Origin: an uncultured Acidobacteriota bacterium
GTDB taxonomy: Bacteria > Acidobacteriota > UBA6911
Direction: 5' to 3'
NCBI GenBank assembly: GCA_963827655.1
Contig: CAWHCF010000038.1
Span: 64,001 to 128,000 of the forward strand
Length of the DNA stretch: 64,000 nucleotides
Below the pieces are notes generated by a model. The model had not been told where the DNA came from, made no database searches, and worked only from the letters and a program-made list of their open reading frames with translations. How positions within the stretch are numbered: the first letter of the stretch is position 1; every line of letters begins with the position of its first letter. Below, piece after piece: positions 9,574-19,149 of this stretch. The translations under genes and the position numbers were made by a program.

Positions 9574-9902
9574 TGTCTTGCTCTCCAGAACCAGGCCAGA
9601 GGCGGCGTTCGGGAAAACGTGCTCGAAGAATTCAAGACTGCGCGGCGGAAATGCCGCGGCGCCGGACTTCTCCGCACCGGTCCTTCATGTGTTGATTCCG
9701 CGGGATGCCAATGCCGGGCCGAGAACCCGCGAGACTAGCCGAAAGCCTTCTCCTTCTTTCCCGGGGGGCCTGAGATTCGGGGGGCATGACCATCGGGTCA
9801 ACATGTGCAGTGTTGACTCTGTAGAATCATAGTTCAGGCGCTTCATCCGGACAAGTGTGGACCTGATGGAGTTGAAAACCGAAAGCCGCAGGCAGGTATG
9901 AT

Positions 9903-9932
9903 TTTCTTGGCGCCTTTGCGTCCTGGCGGTGA
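9903..9932 (-). repeat. Octamer-array repeat copy
   Basis: Reverse strand reads TCACC-GCCAGGAC-GCAAAGGC-GCCAAGAA. Confidence 0.8.
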
Positions 9933-9950
9933 GTTGCGGTTGATCCACTA

Positions 9951-11933
9951 TCAGTAGAATCGGACATTGTCGAGCTCGAGCCAGCCGAAGCCACCGCCGG
10001 GCCGGGCGATCTCGAAGCTGAGCATCAGCAGGTCCGAGCCGGTCCAGGCCGCAGGCGACTGTGTCTTATCCTGCTCGAGCATCGCGAAATCAATCCGGAT
10101 GGTTTCCCAGCGGCTGGCGGCCTTGAACGGCGCCTGAAAATAGGCGTAGTTGCGCACCGAGCGCGTCGGCACAATGAGGCGATAGGAGAGGCCGTCGCCG
10201 CGGGCATCGAAGCGAATACCCCGAAAGGCTCTCGCATCGCCGGGCTCAAGCGCGCCGGGCGTGAGAGGCACACTAACGCGAACGAACGGGCGCTGGGCCA
10301 GCGACATGCGCGCCAGAATGGAGAGCGCGTAGCCGCCCTCCGCCCGCAGGATACGACCCATCATCAGACGGGAGTGGTCGTGGCCAGGATCGGTGCTGGT
10401 GATCCAGCGGGTGCCGAGAGCGCTGCGCGGTGAGTCGGTCGTGGGAGAAGCAATGCTTGCGTCGCCGGCGGTTTCAAAGTCATCAATTTTTTCCGAGACT
10501 TTGATCGCTTCAATCGGCGTGGGTTCTTTCGACGCGATCCGGCGCGCCAGGGACTCGCGGTCGATCTCGCGCCCGCCAAGAAAGACGCGCGCAATGCGTT
10601 CGATGTCGCTGATATTCTGATGGGGCGCCCCCGAGACAAGCACGAGGTCGGCCACCTTGCCGGCGGCTACCGAGCCGCGTTCATTGTCCACCCTCAGGGC
10701 TCTGGCGCTATCAAAGGTAGCGGCTGTGATGGCCTGCGCAGGCGAAAGCCCCCCTGCCACCAGCAGCTGCAGCTCGTGCAACGTCGCCCAGCCGTGATGC
10801 GTCCCCGTGACGCCTGCATCTGTGCCGACGCCAAGCCGGATGCCCGCGGTCTTGAGCGCCGAGACGTTATAGAGAAGGTTCCGCCAGCGTTGGCTTCGCT
10901 GTGCGGCGCTCGCGTTTTCGGAAGCATCGGGGCGAATCGTTCGCGCCGTCCTGGCAGTTCGTTGTTGTAGAGGCGCCTTTCCTCCCTCGTCCCGTGCGCC
11001 AGCGGCCGGGAGCGCCGGAGCCGCGGTTTCACGAACGGCCGGTTCGAGGACAGCCGGGAGCAGCGGTGAAAGAAGGTTGCGCCCGCGCGGTTCGTAAACC
11101 GCGAGCGTGGAGACGTAAGCCGTCCCGTTTGCGCGCATGAGCTCGATGACTTCGTTGTCGACTTCCCGGTCGCCGATGCCGTGCACAATCACGTCAACAG
11201 CGGCTCGAGCAGCCACTTTCGCGCGCTCCAGTGTGACCGTGTGGGTCAGCACCGGGACCCCGTTCTTGTGCGCTTCTTCCACCAGCGCTGAGAGCGTCTC
11301 CTGGTTCATGCTGGTCATGTCGGGGGCCGTGTTATAGCGCCAGCCGTCGGTGAAGACTTTAATTGCATCGGGTCGATAGGGGACGACCCGCCGGACTGCA
11401 TCGCGCGCTTCGCGCGGCGTCTGCGCTTCGAGGGTAAAAAAGTCGCCCCGCCCGCCTTCGGCGCCGTGTCCGCCCGGCGTAGTCATGCGGGCGGCAAGAT
11501 GGAGGCGTGGGCCCTCGATGGCGCCGCTGCCGAGCAACCGGCGCATCGGTTCAAAGGTTTCAGGGTAAGTGCCAAAATCCACAACGGAGGTGACGCCGCA
11601 GTAAAGGTAAGCGGCCAGGTGCTTGGGCCAGTCGCCGGTGATGCCCGGGAGGGTTGCATTGGGAAGATGGGTATGAAGATCGAAAAGGCCAGGCAAGAGG
11701 GTCTGCCCTTCGGCGCGGATGACGCGCGCGTCTTGGGGTAGAGCCAGGTTTGGCTCGACGGCGGCGATGCGGCCGCCGCGGAGAAGAACATCAGCCTGAA
11801 ACGGCGCTCTGCCGGTGCCATCCACAATGGTTGCGCCCACGATGGCAATGGCCGCGCCGCCCGGTTGTTGCTGTTGTTTCGCGACCCCGGGGAATAAGGA
11901 AATGAGAGCGAGTGCGAAAACAAGCGACGGCAT
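9951..11933 (-). CDS. Secreted amidohydrolase with C-terminal CIA30/CBM-like domain
   Basis: [27 protein letters not shown]; C-terminal [10 protein letters not shown]...WETIRIDF...LELDNVRFY; signal peptide from Met at 11933 (the ORF-track extension runs through a repeat). Confidence 0.85.
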   Translation of the reverse strand: MPSLVFALALISLFPGVAKQQQQPGGAAIAIVGATIVDGTGRAPFQADVLLRGGRIAAVEPNLALPQDARVIRAEGQTLLPGLFDLHTHLPNATLPGITGDWPKHLAAYLYCGVTSVVDFGTYPETFEPMRRLLGSGAIEGPRLHLAARMTTPGGHGAEGGRGDFFTLEAQTPREARDAVRRVVPYRPDAIKVFTDGWRYNTAPDMTSMNQETLSALVEEAHKNGVPVLTHTVTLERAKVAARAAVDVIVHGIGDREVDNEVIELMRANGTAYVSTLAVYEPRGRNLLSPLLPAVLEPAVRETAAPALPAAGARDEGGKAPLQQRTARTARTIRPDASENASAAQRSQRWRNLLYNVSALKTAGIRLGVGTDAGVTGTHHGWATLHELQLLVAGGLSPAQAITAATFDSARALRVDNERGSVAAGKVADLVLVSGAPHQNISDIERIARVFLGGREIDRESLARRIASKEPTPIEAIKVSEKIDDFETAGDASIASPTTDSPRSALGTRWITSTDPGHDHSRLMMGRILRAEGGYALSILARMSLAQRPFVRVSVPLTPGALEPGDARAFRGIRFDARGDGLSYRLIVPTRSVRNYAYFQAPFKAASRWETIRIDFAMLEQDKTQSPAAWTGSDLLMLSFEIARPGGGFGWLELDNVRFY

Positions 11934-11950
11934 GGTGCGCAGGAGAGTAT

Positions 11951-11986
11951 CAACCACAGAGATGCAAAGACGCGAAGAGACGCGAA
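11951..11986 (+). repeat. Octamer-array repeat copy
   Basis: CAACC-ACAGAGAT-GCAAAGAC-GCGAAGAGAC-GCGAA. Confidence 0.75.
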
Positions 11987-12114
11987 CTATCTTCGTAAGC
12001 CTTAGAACGCCCGCTGGTGACATGATGAGAGATTCTAGTCCACTCCCCTGGGGCAGTCTACTGCGCCCCTTGAAATCCCAGATTCTCCGTGACGCGGAGG
12101 CCATCGCGCGCCTG

Positions 12115-12123
12115 TGTTATGAT
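12115..12123 (+). promoter_or_regulatory. Candidate extended -10 promoter (TG-T-TATGAT) for the rhodanese-CBS operon
   Basis: Motif match about 120 nt upstream of ATG 12244; no clear -35. Confidence 0.35.
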
Positions 12124-12142
12124 GTCGCGAAGACTTGAATGC

Positions 12143-12232
12143 TCTTAGTGTTTCTTCGCGTCTTCGTGTCTTCGTGGTTAGAGCTGGAAAACAAATACTT
12201 CCAGGATACAAAGACACAAGGAGACACGCAGA
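12143..12232. repeat. Inverted pair of octamer-array repeats (hairpin) abutting the rhodanese RBS
   Basis: TCTTAGTGTTTCTTCGCGTCTTCGTGTCTTCGTGGTTA ... ATACTTCCAGGATACAAAGACACAAGGAGAC, then AAAGGAGGA. Confidence 0.8.
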
Positions 12233-12243
12233 AAGGAGGAATT

Positions 12244-12687
12244 ATGGCGATCAATCGAATAACGCCGGAGAAGGCCAAGGAGCTCCTCGATTCGGAGACA
12301 GGCTATGTTTACCTGGACGTTCGTACCGTGCAGGAGTTCGATGCCGGGCATGTCCCGGGCGCGAAGAACATTCCGGTTTTGGAACCGGATCCTGGCGGGC
12401 GCATGCAGTTGAATCCCCGGTTTGTAGAACTCGTCGAGGCCAATTTTGGCAAGGACGCGAAGGTTATTACGGGCTGCCAGATGGGAGGGCGCTCGCTAAA
12501 GGCGGCCGAGCTCCTGTTGGCGGCCGGGTTTTCCAACGTCGTCGACATGCGGGGTGGATTTGGCGGGGAGACCGACATGTCGGGACGCCTCACTTTCCCG
12601 GGCTGGGCGCCGCGAGGTCTTCCGACATCGCGGGAGAGCGCGCCTGACGACCGATACGAGAATCTCTCCAGAAAAGAGAAGAAATAG
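12244..12687 (+). CDS. Rhodanese-like sulfurtransferase
   Basis: YLDVRT.QEF.AGHVPGA.NIP, active-site loop GCQMGGRS; strong RBS before ATG 12244. Confidence 0.92.
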   Translation: MAINRITPEKAKELLDSETGYVYLDVRTVQEFDAGHVPGAKNIPVLEPDPGGRMQLNPRFVELVEANFGKDAKVITGCQMGGRSLKAAELLLAAGFSNVVDMRGGFGGETDMSGRLTFPGWAPRGLPTSRESAPDDRYENLSRKEKK

Positions 12688-12692
12688 CCGCG

Positions 12693-14078
12693 ATGATGAA
12701 AGGGGCAGTCCACAACGTTCTCGAAGCTGTCGGGTCCACGCCGATTGTCAAGCTCAACAATGTGGGCTCGCACCTAGCGGCCGATATCTACGTCAAGCTG
12801 GAATATCTCAACCCGGGCGGTTCGATGAAGGACCGCGTAGCCATCAACATCATTCGCGACTACGAACGGCGCGGGTTGCTGAAACCCGGCGGCACGATTG
12901 TCGAGGCCACGAGCGGAAACACCGGGATGGGGCTTGCCCTGGTAGCAGCCATTCGCGGTTACAAATGCATTTTCGTGATGCCCGACAAGATGTCGGAAGA
13001 GAAGATAAAGTCGCTTCAGGCCTTCGGAGCCCGCGTGGTCATCTGCCCGACGGCTGTGGATCCCGAGGATCCGCGCAGCTACTACAGTGTTTCACGTCGG
13101 CTGGCCGAGGAGACTCCCGGCGCGGTGCTCGCAAATCAATACTATAACCCCGCTAATCCGGGCGCTCACTACCTGTCAACCGGTCCCGAGATCTGGGCAC
13201 AGACCGGCGGAGAGATCGATGTTTTCTGCGCCGGCATGGGAACTGGTGGAACCCTTTCCGGCTGTGCCAGGTATTTCAAGGAGAGAAAACCGGAGATGAA
13301 AATCGTCGGGGTCGATCCGGTCGGTTCGCTTTATTACGATTACGTCAAAACCGGGACGATGGTGAGACCAAGACCCTATAAGGTTGAAGGGATCGGCGAG
13401 GACTTCCTTCCCGGTACCATGAATCTCGGGATCATCGATGAGGTGGTTCGCGTAAGCGATAAAGATTGTTTCCTCATGACACGTGAGCTGGTGCGGCGCG
13501 AGGGAATCTATTGCGGGGGGTCCAGCGGCGCCGCGGTCGCCGGAGCCATAAAATTCGCGGAGACGATCAACAAGAAAGTGAATATCGTGGTGCTCCTCCC
13601 CGATTCAGCCCAGAAATACCTGACCAAGATTTTCGATGACAACTGGATGCGGCACCACGGATTTCTCGAACCCGATCCAATCGGCACCGTCGCAGACCTT
13701 CTGGCGGCGAAGGCGCCAGGCGGAGTGGTAACCGCGTCGGCCAGCGACAAAGTGCGCGATGTCATCACCAAAATGAAAGCTCACAGCATCAGTCAAGTTC
13801 CCGTGACCCGCGATGGAAAACTGATCGGAGTGGTCGCCGAGATCGACGTTCTTCGGCACATGGCTGAGTCCGGTCATTCGCCCGATGACTCGATCGAGAA
13901 GCTTGTGACCGCGGAGTTCGCCACAGTTACGCCCGGAACGAGGATCGCCCTGGTCACCGAGTTGTTCGCTCAAGGGGGCATTCTGATAGTTCTCGACGAC
14001 AGTCGAATCGCCGGAGTGGTTACCAAGATCGACCTCATTGACTACCTTGCCAAGCGCATCCCGGAAGAGAGGCTTTAA
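12693..14078 (+). CDS. cbs: Cystathionine beta-synthase with C-terminal CBS domains
   Basis: KLEYLNPGGSMKDR (PLP lysine), EATSGNTG, GMGTGGT, VEGIGED, C-terminal CBS pair. Confidence 0.92.
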   Translation: MMKGAVHNVLEAVGSTPIVKLNNVGSHLAADIYVKLEYLNPGGSMKDRVAINIIRDYERRGLLKPGGTIVEATSGNTGMGLALVAAIRGYKCIFVMPDKMSEEKIKSLQAFGARVVICPTAVDPEDPRSYYSVSRRLAEETPGAVLANQYYNPANPGAHYLSTGPEIWAQTGGEIDVFCAGMGTGGTLSGCARYFKERKPEMKIVGVDPVGSLYYDYVKTGTMVRPRPYKVEGIGEDFLPGTMNLGIIDEVVRVSDKDCFLMTRELVRREGIYCGGSSGAAVAGAIKFAETINKKVNIVVLLPDSAQKYLTKIFDDNWMRHHGFLEPDPIGTVADLLAAKAPGGVVTASASDKVRDVITKMKAHSISQVPVTRDGKLIGVVAEIDVLRHMAESGHSPDDSIEKLVTAEFATVTPGTRIALVTELFAQGGILIVLDDSRIAGVVTKIDLIDYLAKRIPEERL

Positions 14079-14081
14079 TCC

Positions 14082-14120
14082 TCACCACCAGGACACCAAG
14101 ACGCAAAGAAACACAGCAGA
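14082..14120 (+). repeat. Octamer-array repeat copy inside an operon
   Basis: TCACC-ACCAGGAC-ACCAAGAC-GCAAAGAAAC-ACAGCAGA. Confidence 0.85.
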
Positions 14121-14132
14121 CGGGTTTCAAAC

Positions 14133-15296
14133 TTGAGCAAAGCATCGGATCGACTCGCCACTCTCGTCGTGCATGCGGGGCAATCGCCTGATCCCTCGAC
14201 CGGCGCAATCATGACTCCCATTTTCAACAGTGCGACTTTCGTGCAGGCCGAACCCGGCAAGCACAAAGGGTACGAGTACTCGCGCAGCGGAAACCCGACT
14301 CGCACCGCGCTCGAGGCTTGCCTCGCCTCGCTGGAAGGGGGAAAGCACGGCCTGGCCTTTTCCAGCGGCAGCGGAGCGCATGCCACGGCGCTGCACCTTC
14401 TTTCACCCGGCGACCACGTGGTGTGCGGTGACGACGTTTACGGGGGAACCTACCGTCTTTTCGAAAATGTCTTTCGTCCTTCGGCCGGCATCGAGACCAC
14501 CTTTGTTCCGTTAGAGAACCCCGCGTCGCTCGCGGCCGCGCTGCGCCCGAATACCAGGATGGTCTGGCTGGAAACACCCACGAATCCGCTGCTACGCATC
14601 ATCGACCTTCGGGCGTGCATCAATATAGCCACTGACGCGAGTGTCCCGGTCTGGGTGGACAATACGTTTGCTACGCCCGTGCTGCAGCGCCCGCTGGAGA
14701 TGGGAGCCACAGCCGTGGTGCATTCCACGACCAAGTATCTCAATGGACACTCCGACGTGGTCGGAGGCGCCATCGTAGTGAATGACTCCGAACTTCACAC
14801 GCGGCTGGCATATCTTCAAAACGCGATCGGCGCGGTTCCGGGTCCGAACGATGCATGGCTGGTTCTGCGCGGAATCAAGACCCTCGACGTACGAATGGAG
14901 CGGCATTGCAAGAACGCAGCCCTGGTCGCAGAATTTCTGGCGCTTCATTCCGGGGTGTCGCGCGTGAATTATCCCGGCCGCCCCGATCATCCTCAGCACG
15001 CCATCGCGGCGCGTCAGATGCGCGGGTTCGGAGGCATGGTGAGCTTCGAGCTGAAAGGAGGGCTCGAAGTCGCGCGCCGCGTCGTCTCCTCTACACGTCT
15101 CTTCTCCCTGGCGGAGTCGCTCGGAGGCGTCGAGTCGCTGATCGAAGCGCCGGCGCTCATGACTCACGCTTCGATACCACGCGAGCTTCGGCTCGAGCGC
15201 GGCCTGGCGGACGGGCTGGTGCGGCTTTCGGTCGGGATCGAAGATGCGGCCGACTTGATCAGCGATCTGGAACAGGCGCTCGCGAAAGCGGGCTAG
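14133..15296 (+). CDS. Cystathionine gamma-lyase/synthase (Cys/Met metabolism PLP family)
   Basis: YEYSRSGNPTR, ETPTNP, VDNTFATP, HSTTKYLNGHSD, SLGGVESL, RLSVGIED. Confidence 0.93.
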   Translation: MSKASDRLATLVVHAGQSPDPSTGAIMTPIFNSATFVQAEPGKHKGYEYSRSGNPTRTALEACLASLEGGKHGLAFSSGSGAHATALHLLSPGDHVVCGDDVYGGTYRLFENVFRPSAGIETTFVPLENPASLAAALRPNTRMVWLETPTNPLLRIIDLRACINIATDASVPVWVDNTFATPVLQRPLEMGATAVVHSTTKYLNGHSDVVGGAIVVNDSELHTRLAYLQNAIGAVPGPNDAWLVLRGIKTLDVRMERHCKNAALVAEFLALHSGVSRVNYPGRPDHPQHAIAARQMRGFGGMVSFELKGGLEVARRVVSSTRLFSLAESLGGVESLIEAPALMTHASIPRELRLERGLADGLVRLSVGIEDAADLISDLEQALAKAG

Positions 15297-15315
15297 CAGT
15301 CGCTATCTCGAATAT

Positions 15316-15340
15316 TCACCACAAAGACGCAGACGCCAGG
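15316..15340 (+). repeat. Octamer-array repeat copy (degenerate)
   Basis: TCACC-ACAAAGAC-GCAGAC-GCCAGG. Confidence 0.6.
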
Positions 15341-15484
15341 TCTTTGAAGAATTCCTGAAATAAGTCGCGCTGACAGGAAACTATGAACGCTAAAGCTGCC
15401 TTCGCTCGGGTCGGTGATCGCTTTGGTACTGGTTTCCATCCGGTGGTATCCTGGATCGCGACAGATTCAAGGAGGAAGCAGGCG

Positions 15485-16036
15485 ATGGCCACAAGAGTCC
15501 GGCTTACGGCTGAAGATCTCTGGCGAATGGCGCCCGCGGAAGTTCGCCGGGAGTTGGTCGACGGCGAAATCGTGGAGATGCCCTTGAACAACGCGCGCCA
15601 TGGGGAGGTCGCCACGATACTGGCGCACGCGTTAGTCGAACATGTGAGAAAGTGCGGTGGTGGGAAAGTCATGTGCGAAGTGGGTTTTGTGCTTCAACTT
15701 CCCTACGATCTGGAACAGGTGCGGTGTCCCGATCTGGCTTTCATATCGGACGCGCGTCTCGCGGGCCGTCCGCTTCCTCAGAAATTCTTTCCTGGTCCTC
15801 CCGACCTGGCGGTTGAGATTCTTTCACCGTCCGACGCCTCCGTGTATGTCCAGCAGAAAGTGCGAGATTATATCGAGGCGGGCGTACGCCTGGTCTGGCT
15901 ATTGGTCCCACAGTCGAAGACGGCGACAGTCTATCGAGCCGACGGTTCGGCCCGCCTGCTTCGCGAGCGAGATAGCCTGGAGGGTGAGGACATCCTGCCA
16001 GGGTTTACCTTTCGTCTTTCGGCCCTGTACGACTGA
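15485..16036 (+). CDS. Uma2 family (PD-(D/E)XK) endonuclease-like protein
   Basis: ELVDGEIVEM, PDLAFIS, PDLAVEILSPS, K..DY..AGV.LVW, LEGEDILPGF; AAGGAGG RBS before ATG 15485. Confidence 0.92.
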   Translation: MATRVRLTAEDLWRMAPAEVRRELVDGEIVEMPLNNARHGEVATILAHALVEHVRKCGGGKVMCEVGFVLQLPYDLEQVRCPDLAFISDARLAGRPLPQKFFPGPPDLAVEILSPSDASVYVQQKVRDYIEAGVRLVWLLVPQSKTATVYRADGSARLLRERDSLEGEDILPGFTFRLSALYD

Positions 16037-16056
16037 CCTTCCTTCCTGGCGAAGAT

Positions 16057-16136
16057 TCTTGCTGTTTCTTCGTGTCTTTGAGTCTTAGCGGTATTTCTTC
16101 GACACTCTAATCACGAAGACACGAAGACGCTAAGAA
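16057..16136. repeat. Inverted pair of octamer-array repeats
   Basis: TCTTGCTGTTTCTTCGTGTCTTTGAGTCTTAGCGGTAT ... TAATCACGAAGACACGAAGACGCTAAGA. Confidence 0.85.
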
Positions 16137-16148
16137 ATGGTGGTTAGT

Positions 16149-17777
16149 ATGAGGACGGGAGCGCCGGAACCAGTCAAGAGACTGGAGTGGGGCGTGGCCG
16201 CGGTAGCGGTGCTGCTCATTCTATGTTTCCATTTCGGGTTCTTGCTCCGGGCGGGAGCGCTCTGGCGCGACGAAGTCAACACTCTGCAATTCGCCACATC
16301 GGCATCCGTGAGGGAAACCTGGAATTCGCTCCAGTACGATTCCTTTCCGCTCTTCTCGTCACTGGCGCTGCGCGTCTGGGTATTTAGCGGTTGGGGAAGA
16401 ACGGATTTCGGACTCAGGGTCTTTGGCCTCATGGTAGGGATTGCTATTCTCGCCGCTCTCTGGCTCGATGCCCGGCTCAAGGGCTTTTCAATTCCTTTGC
16501 TATCGATGCCTCTGTTCGCATTTGCCCCTCTAGTGATTCAAATTGGCGATTCGATTCGCCCTTACGGGCTGGGCATCGTCTTCTTGCTGGTGGCGTCGGG
16601 ACTGATCTGGAAAATCAGTGTCAAACCCGGACGCCTGCAGGTCGCGGGGGCGGCCCTCAGCGCCGTTCTGTCTGTACAGTGCCTTTACCAGAATGCCTTC
16701 CTGCTGCTGGCGCTTTGCGCAGGAGGTATTGCGGTGTGCTCGCGCAAGAGACAATGGAAAAGATCGCTGCTTGTGGCGGGCATAGGAGCAGTTTCGGCGT
16801 TCTCTCTGTTGCCTTATTACGACATCCTGCGAAAGGCGCAGGATTGGACGGTACTGGTTCAGTCACCGACTACGATGCGGGGGATCTGGCGTGTATTCTC
16901 GAGGGCCATGGCGTCTGGGGGAGATTTCATGCTCTGGGTCTGGCTTGGCCTTGGCGCCCTGAGTCTGCTGGCCGCTGGCTGGTGTTGGGTGCGGCGCGCG
17001 CACAGACCGCTTTCAGATAACCGGAGAGATCTGGTCCTTTTTTCAACCACAGTCCTGCTGAGCGCAACGGTGGCTTTTTTACTCTTCCTGAAATGGGCAA
17101 GCCTTCCTTCGCAGCCCTGGTATTACCTTCCTTTGATGGCCGTCTGCGCGCTTTCCATCGATGGGATTCTTGCTGCGTTAACGGTTCAAACGCCGGTTCG
17201 GATCTTCCGGGCTGCAACAGCAGTTCTTGTTCTGGTGTTGAGCTTTCCCCGTGGCTGGCAGGAGATTCAGGTTCGACAAACCAACGCCGACCGGATCGCA
17301 TCCAAGCTGGAGGAATCCGCCCAGGCAGAAGACCTGATCGTCGTGAGTCCATGGTACTACGGCGTCGCTTTCCAGAGATACTACCGGGGCAAAACGCCCT
17401 GGATGACTGTGCCGCCGCTTGAAGACCTGAGGATTCATCGCTATGACTTGCTCAAGGAAAAAATGAAATCTACCGACCCGATCGGACCGCTCTTGACCAG
17501 AATGTCTGAAACGCTGCGCTCGGGAAACAGGCTCTGGCTGGTCGGAGGGTTTCCCAGCCAGCCGAAAGTTCAGCCGGTTGAGCCGCGGCCGCCGGCCCCC
17601 GACCGTCGATCAGGTTGGAACAGTCACCCCTATGTCTCGAGCTGGGCGGCGCAGGCGGACCACCTGGTCCAAACCCACGCGTGCCGAGTCGAAGCGGTGC
17701 CGGTATCATCGGGCGAACGTGTGAATCCGTATGAAAGTCTTATGCTGCAGGCTGCGCAGGGATGGCAGCGAGAGTAG
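16149..17777 (+). CDS. Polytopic membrane glycosyltransferase-like protein (GT-C fold, GT39/83-like)
   Basis: LWRDE motif after the first TM, RPY motif, about 10 TM helices, soluble C-terminal domain. Confidence 0.65.
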   Translation: MRTGAPEPVKRLEWGVAAVAVLLILCFHFGFLLRAGALWRDEVNTLQFATSASVRETWNSLQYDSFPLFSSLALRVWVFSGWGRTDFGLRVFGLMVGIAILAALWLDARLKGFSIPLLSMPLFAFAPLVIQIGDSIRPYGLGIVFLLVASGLIWKISVKPGRLQVAGAALSAVLSVQCLYQNAFLLLALCAGGIAVCSRKRQWKRSLLVAGIGAVSAFSLLPYYDILRKAQDWTVLVQSPTTMRGIWRVFSRAMASGGDFMLWVWLGLGALSLLAAGWCWVRRAHRPLSDNRRDLVLFSTTVLLSATVAFLLFLKWASLPSQPWYYLPLMAVCALSIDGILAALTVQTPVRIFRAATAVLVLVLSFPRGWQEIQVRQTNADRIASKLEESAQAEDLIVVSPWYYGVAFQRYYRGKTPWMTVPPLEDLRIHRYDLLKEKMKSTDPIGPLLTRMSETLRSGNRLWLVGGFPSQPKVQPVEPRPPAPDRRSGWNSHPYVSSWAAQADHLVQTHACRVEAVPVSSGERVNPYESLMLQAAQGWQRE

Positions 17778-17780
17778 CGC

Positions 17781-17848
17781 TCGTGTCTTTGGGTCCTCGT
17801 GGTTATTGGTTAGTCCGCTCCAACCACGAAGACACGAAGACACCAAGA
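17781..17848. repeat. Inverted pair of octamer-array repeats
   Basis: TCGTGTCTTTGGGTCCTCGTGGTTA ... CAACCACGAAGACACGAAGACACCAAGA. Confidence 0.85.
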
Positions 17849-18002
17849 AGTAATACGAAGGAATTGTATGAATTGTTTGTGTCGCCGCAGCGACGCCTTT
17901 TCCAGGAGGACGGCAGGCGATCTAATTCGGGCAGATAGTTCCAGGTGTGATGGTGCGTTAGATTGCGCGCCCGAGGATTGCGTTTATTCAGGAGGATGAG
18001 TC

Positions 18003-19040
18003 ATGCGTCCAGTGAGACGTCCGGTATCGATGATCGTGATGGCTTTATTTACTGCGGGCCTCTCGATCCTCGCGGCTCCGCCAACGCCTATCGAGCGATT
18101 GCGTCTTCAGATTACGCGCGCGATCCCTGCTGCCCAGGGAGAGATAGGAGTCGGAGTCAAGCATTTGGAGAGTGGAGTCGAGCTGTTCGTCAGTCCCGAC
18201 GAACCGTTCCCTATGGCGAGCACGTTCAAGCTGCCGGTCCTGTTGGAGCTTCATGCTATGGCGAAGTCCGGCGCTCTCAAATGGGATGAGATTATCGACA
18301 TCGGACCTCGCGACCAGCACCTGGGGAGCGGGGAGTTGTCGGTGCTTTACGATCTTCCCGGGGTCCGGCTCTCGATGCATAACCTGGCGAATCTCATGAT
18401 GATGATCAGCGACAATTCTGCCGCCGACATCTGCCTGGCCAAAGCCGGCGCCAAGAACGTGAACGCGCGGCTAAGCGCGCTGGGTGTGAGCGGCATCCGC
18501 GTCGACCGGTCGTGCCAGGAGTTGATCCTCGATTACCGCGGACACGACACGGAACGTTTAAAAGGGCTGGCTCTAAAAGAACTCCGCGCGGCCCTCCCCC
18601 GCTCGCCAAGCGATGAGCAGTCGCGCTGGACGGCGGATGACCGTTTTGCCAAGGATCCAAGGGACACCGCAACTCCACGAGGGTTCGTGACCCTGCTCGA
18701 GAAGATCTGGCGCGGTGAAGTCATCGACAAAGATGCATCGCAGGCTATCCTGAACTTGATGAAACGCTGCCGGACGGGTGAGAACCGGATTCGGGGACTT
18801 TTGCCTGCAGAGACCGAAGTCGGACACAAGACCGGGACCATTGGGGGCGTTGTGAATGATGTCGGAATCGTCTATCTCCCCGACGGCGCCGGCCACGTGG
18901 CGATTGCGCTTTTGAGCAAGCGCACCAGGGCGAGCACCGAGCAGGTGGAAAAAACTCTGGCCCAGATTGCGCGCTACGCCTACGACTACTTCTACTTCAC
19001 GTCGGGCTCATCCGAGCAACCGAGCGCGGGCCGGCAATGA
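18003..19040 (+). CDS. Class A beta-lactamase-like serine hydrolase with atypical omega loop
   Basis: FPMASTFK (SxxK), SDN, HKTG; signal peptide. Confidence 0.88.
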   Translation: MRPVRRPVSMIVMALFTAGLSILAAPPTPIERLRLQITRAIPAAQGEIGVGVKHLESGVELFVSPDEPFPMASTFKLPVLLELHAMAKSGALKWDEIIDIGPRDQHLGSGELSVLYDLPGVRLSMHNLANLMMMISDNSAADICLAKAGAKNVNARLSALGVSGIRVDRSCQELILDYRGHDTERLKGLALKELRAALPRSPSDEQSRWTADDRFAKDPRDTATPRGFVTLLEKIWRGEVIDKDASQAILNLMKRCRTGENRIRGLLPAETEVGHKTGTIGGVVNDVGIVYLPDGAGHVAIALLSKRTRASTEQVEKTLAQIARYAYDYFYFTSGSSEQPSAGRQ

Positions 19041-19045
19041 GGTAA

Positions 19046-19136
19046 TTCTTGGTGTTTCTTCGTGTCTTCGCGTCTTTGTGGTATTTGTTCCGCAGCGCTA
19101 ACCACGAAGACACGAAGACGCAAAGAAACGCGAGGG
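19046..19136. repeat. Inverted pair of octamer-array repeats between convergent genes
   Basis: TTCTTGGTGTTTCTTCGTGTCTTCGCGTCTTTGTGGTAT ... TAACCACGAAGACACGAAGACGCAAAGAAACGCGAGGG. Confidence 0.9.
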
Positions 19137-19149
19137 AATACTCTGATGC

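Noticed and set aside
15485-16036. Uma2 gene as a defence system or mobiliser of the arrays
   Set aside because: Uma2 genes are common standalone paralogs; no partner genes are present, and adjacency to arrays is uninformative when most genes here are adjacent to one.
12143-19136. Inverted pairs as integron attC sites
   Set aside because: GGTT precedes AACC, the opposite of the RYYYAAC...GTTRRRY order; copies occur singly and on both strands; no integrase.
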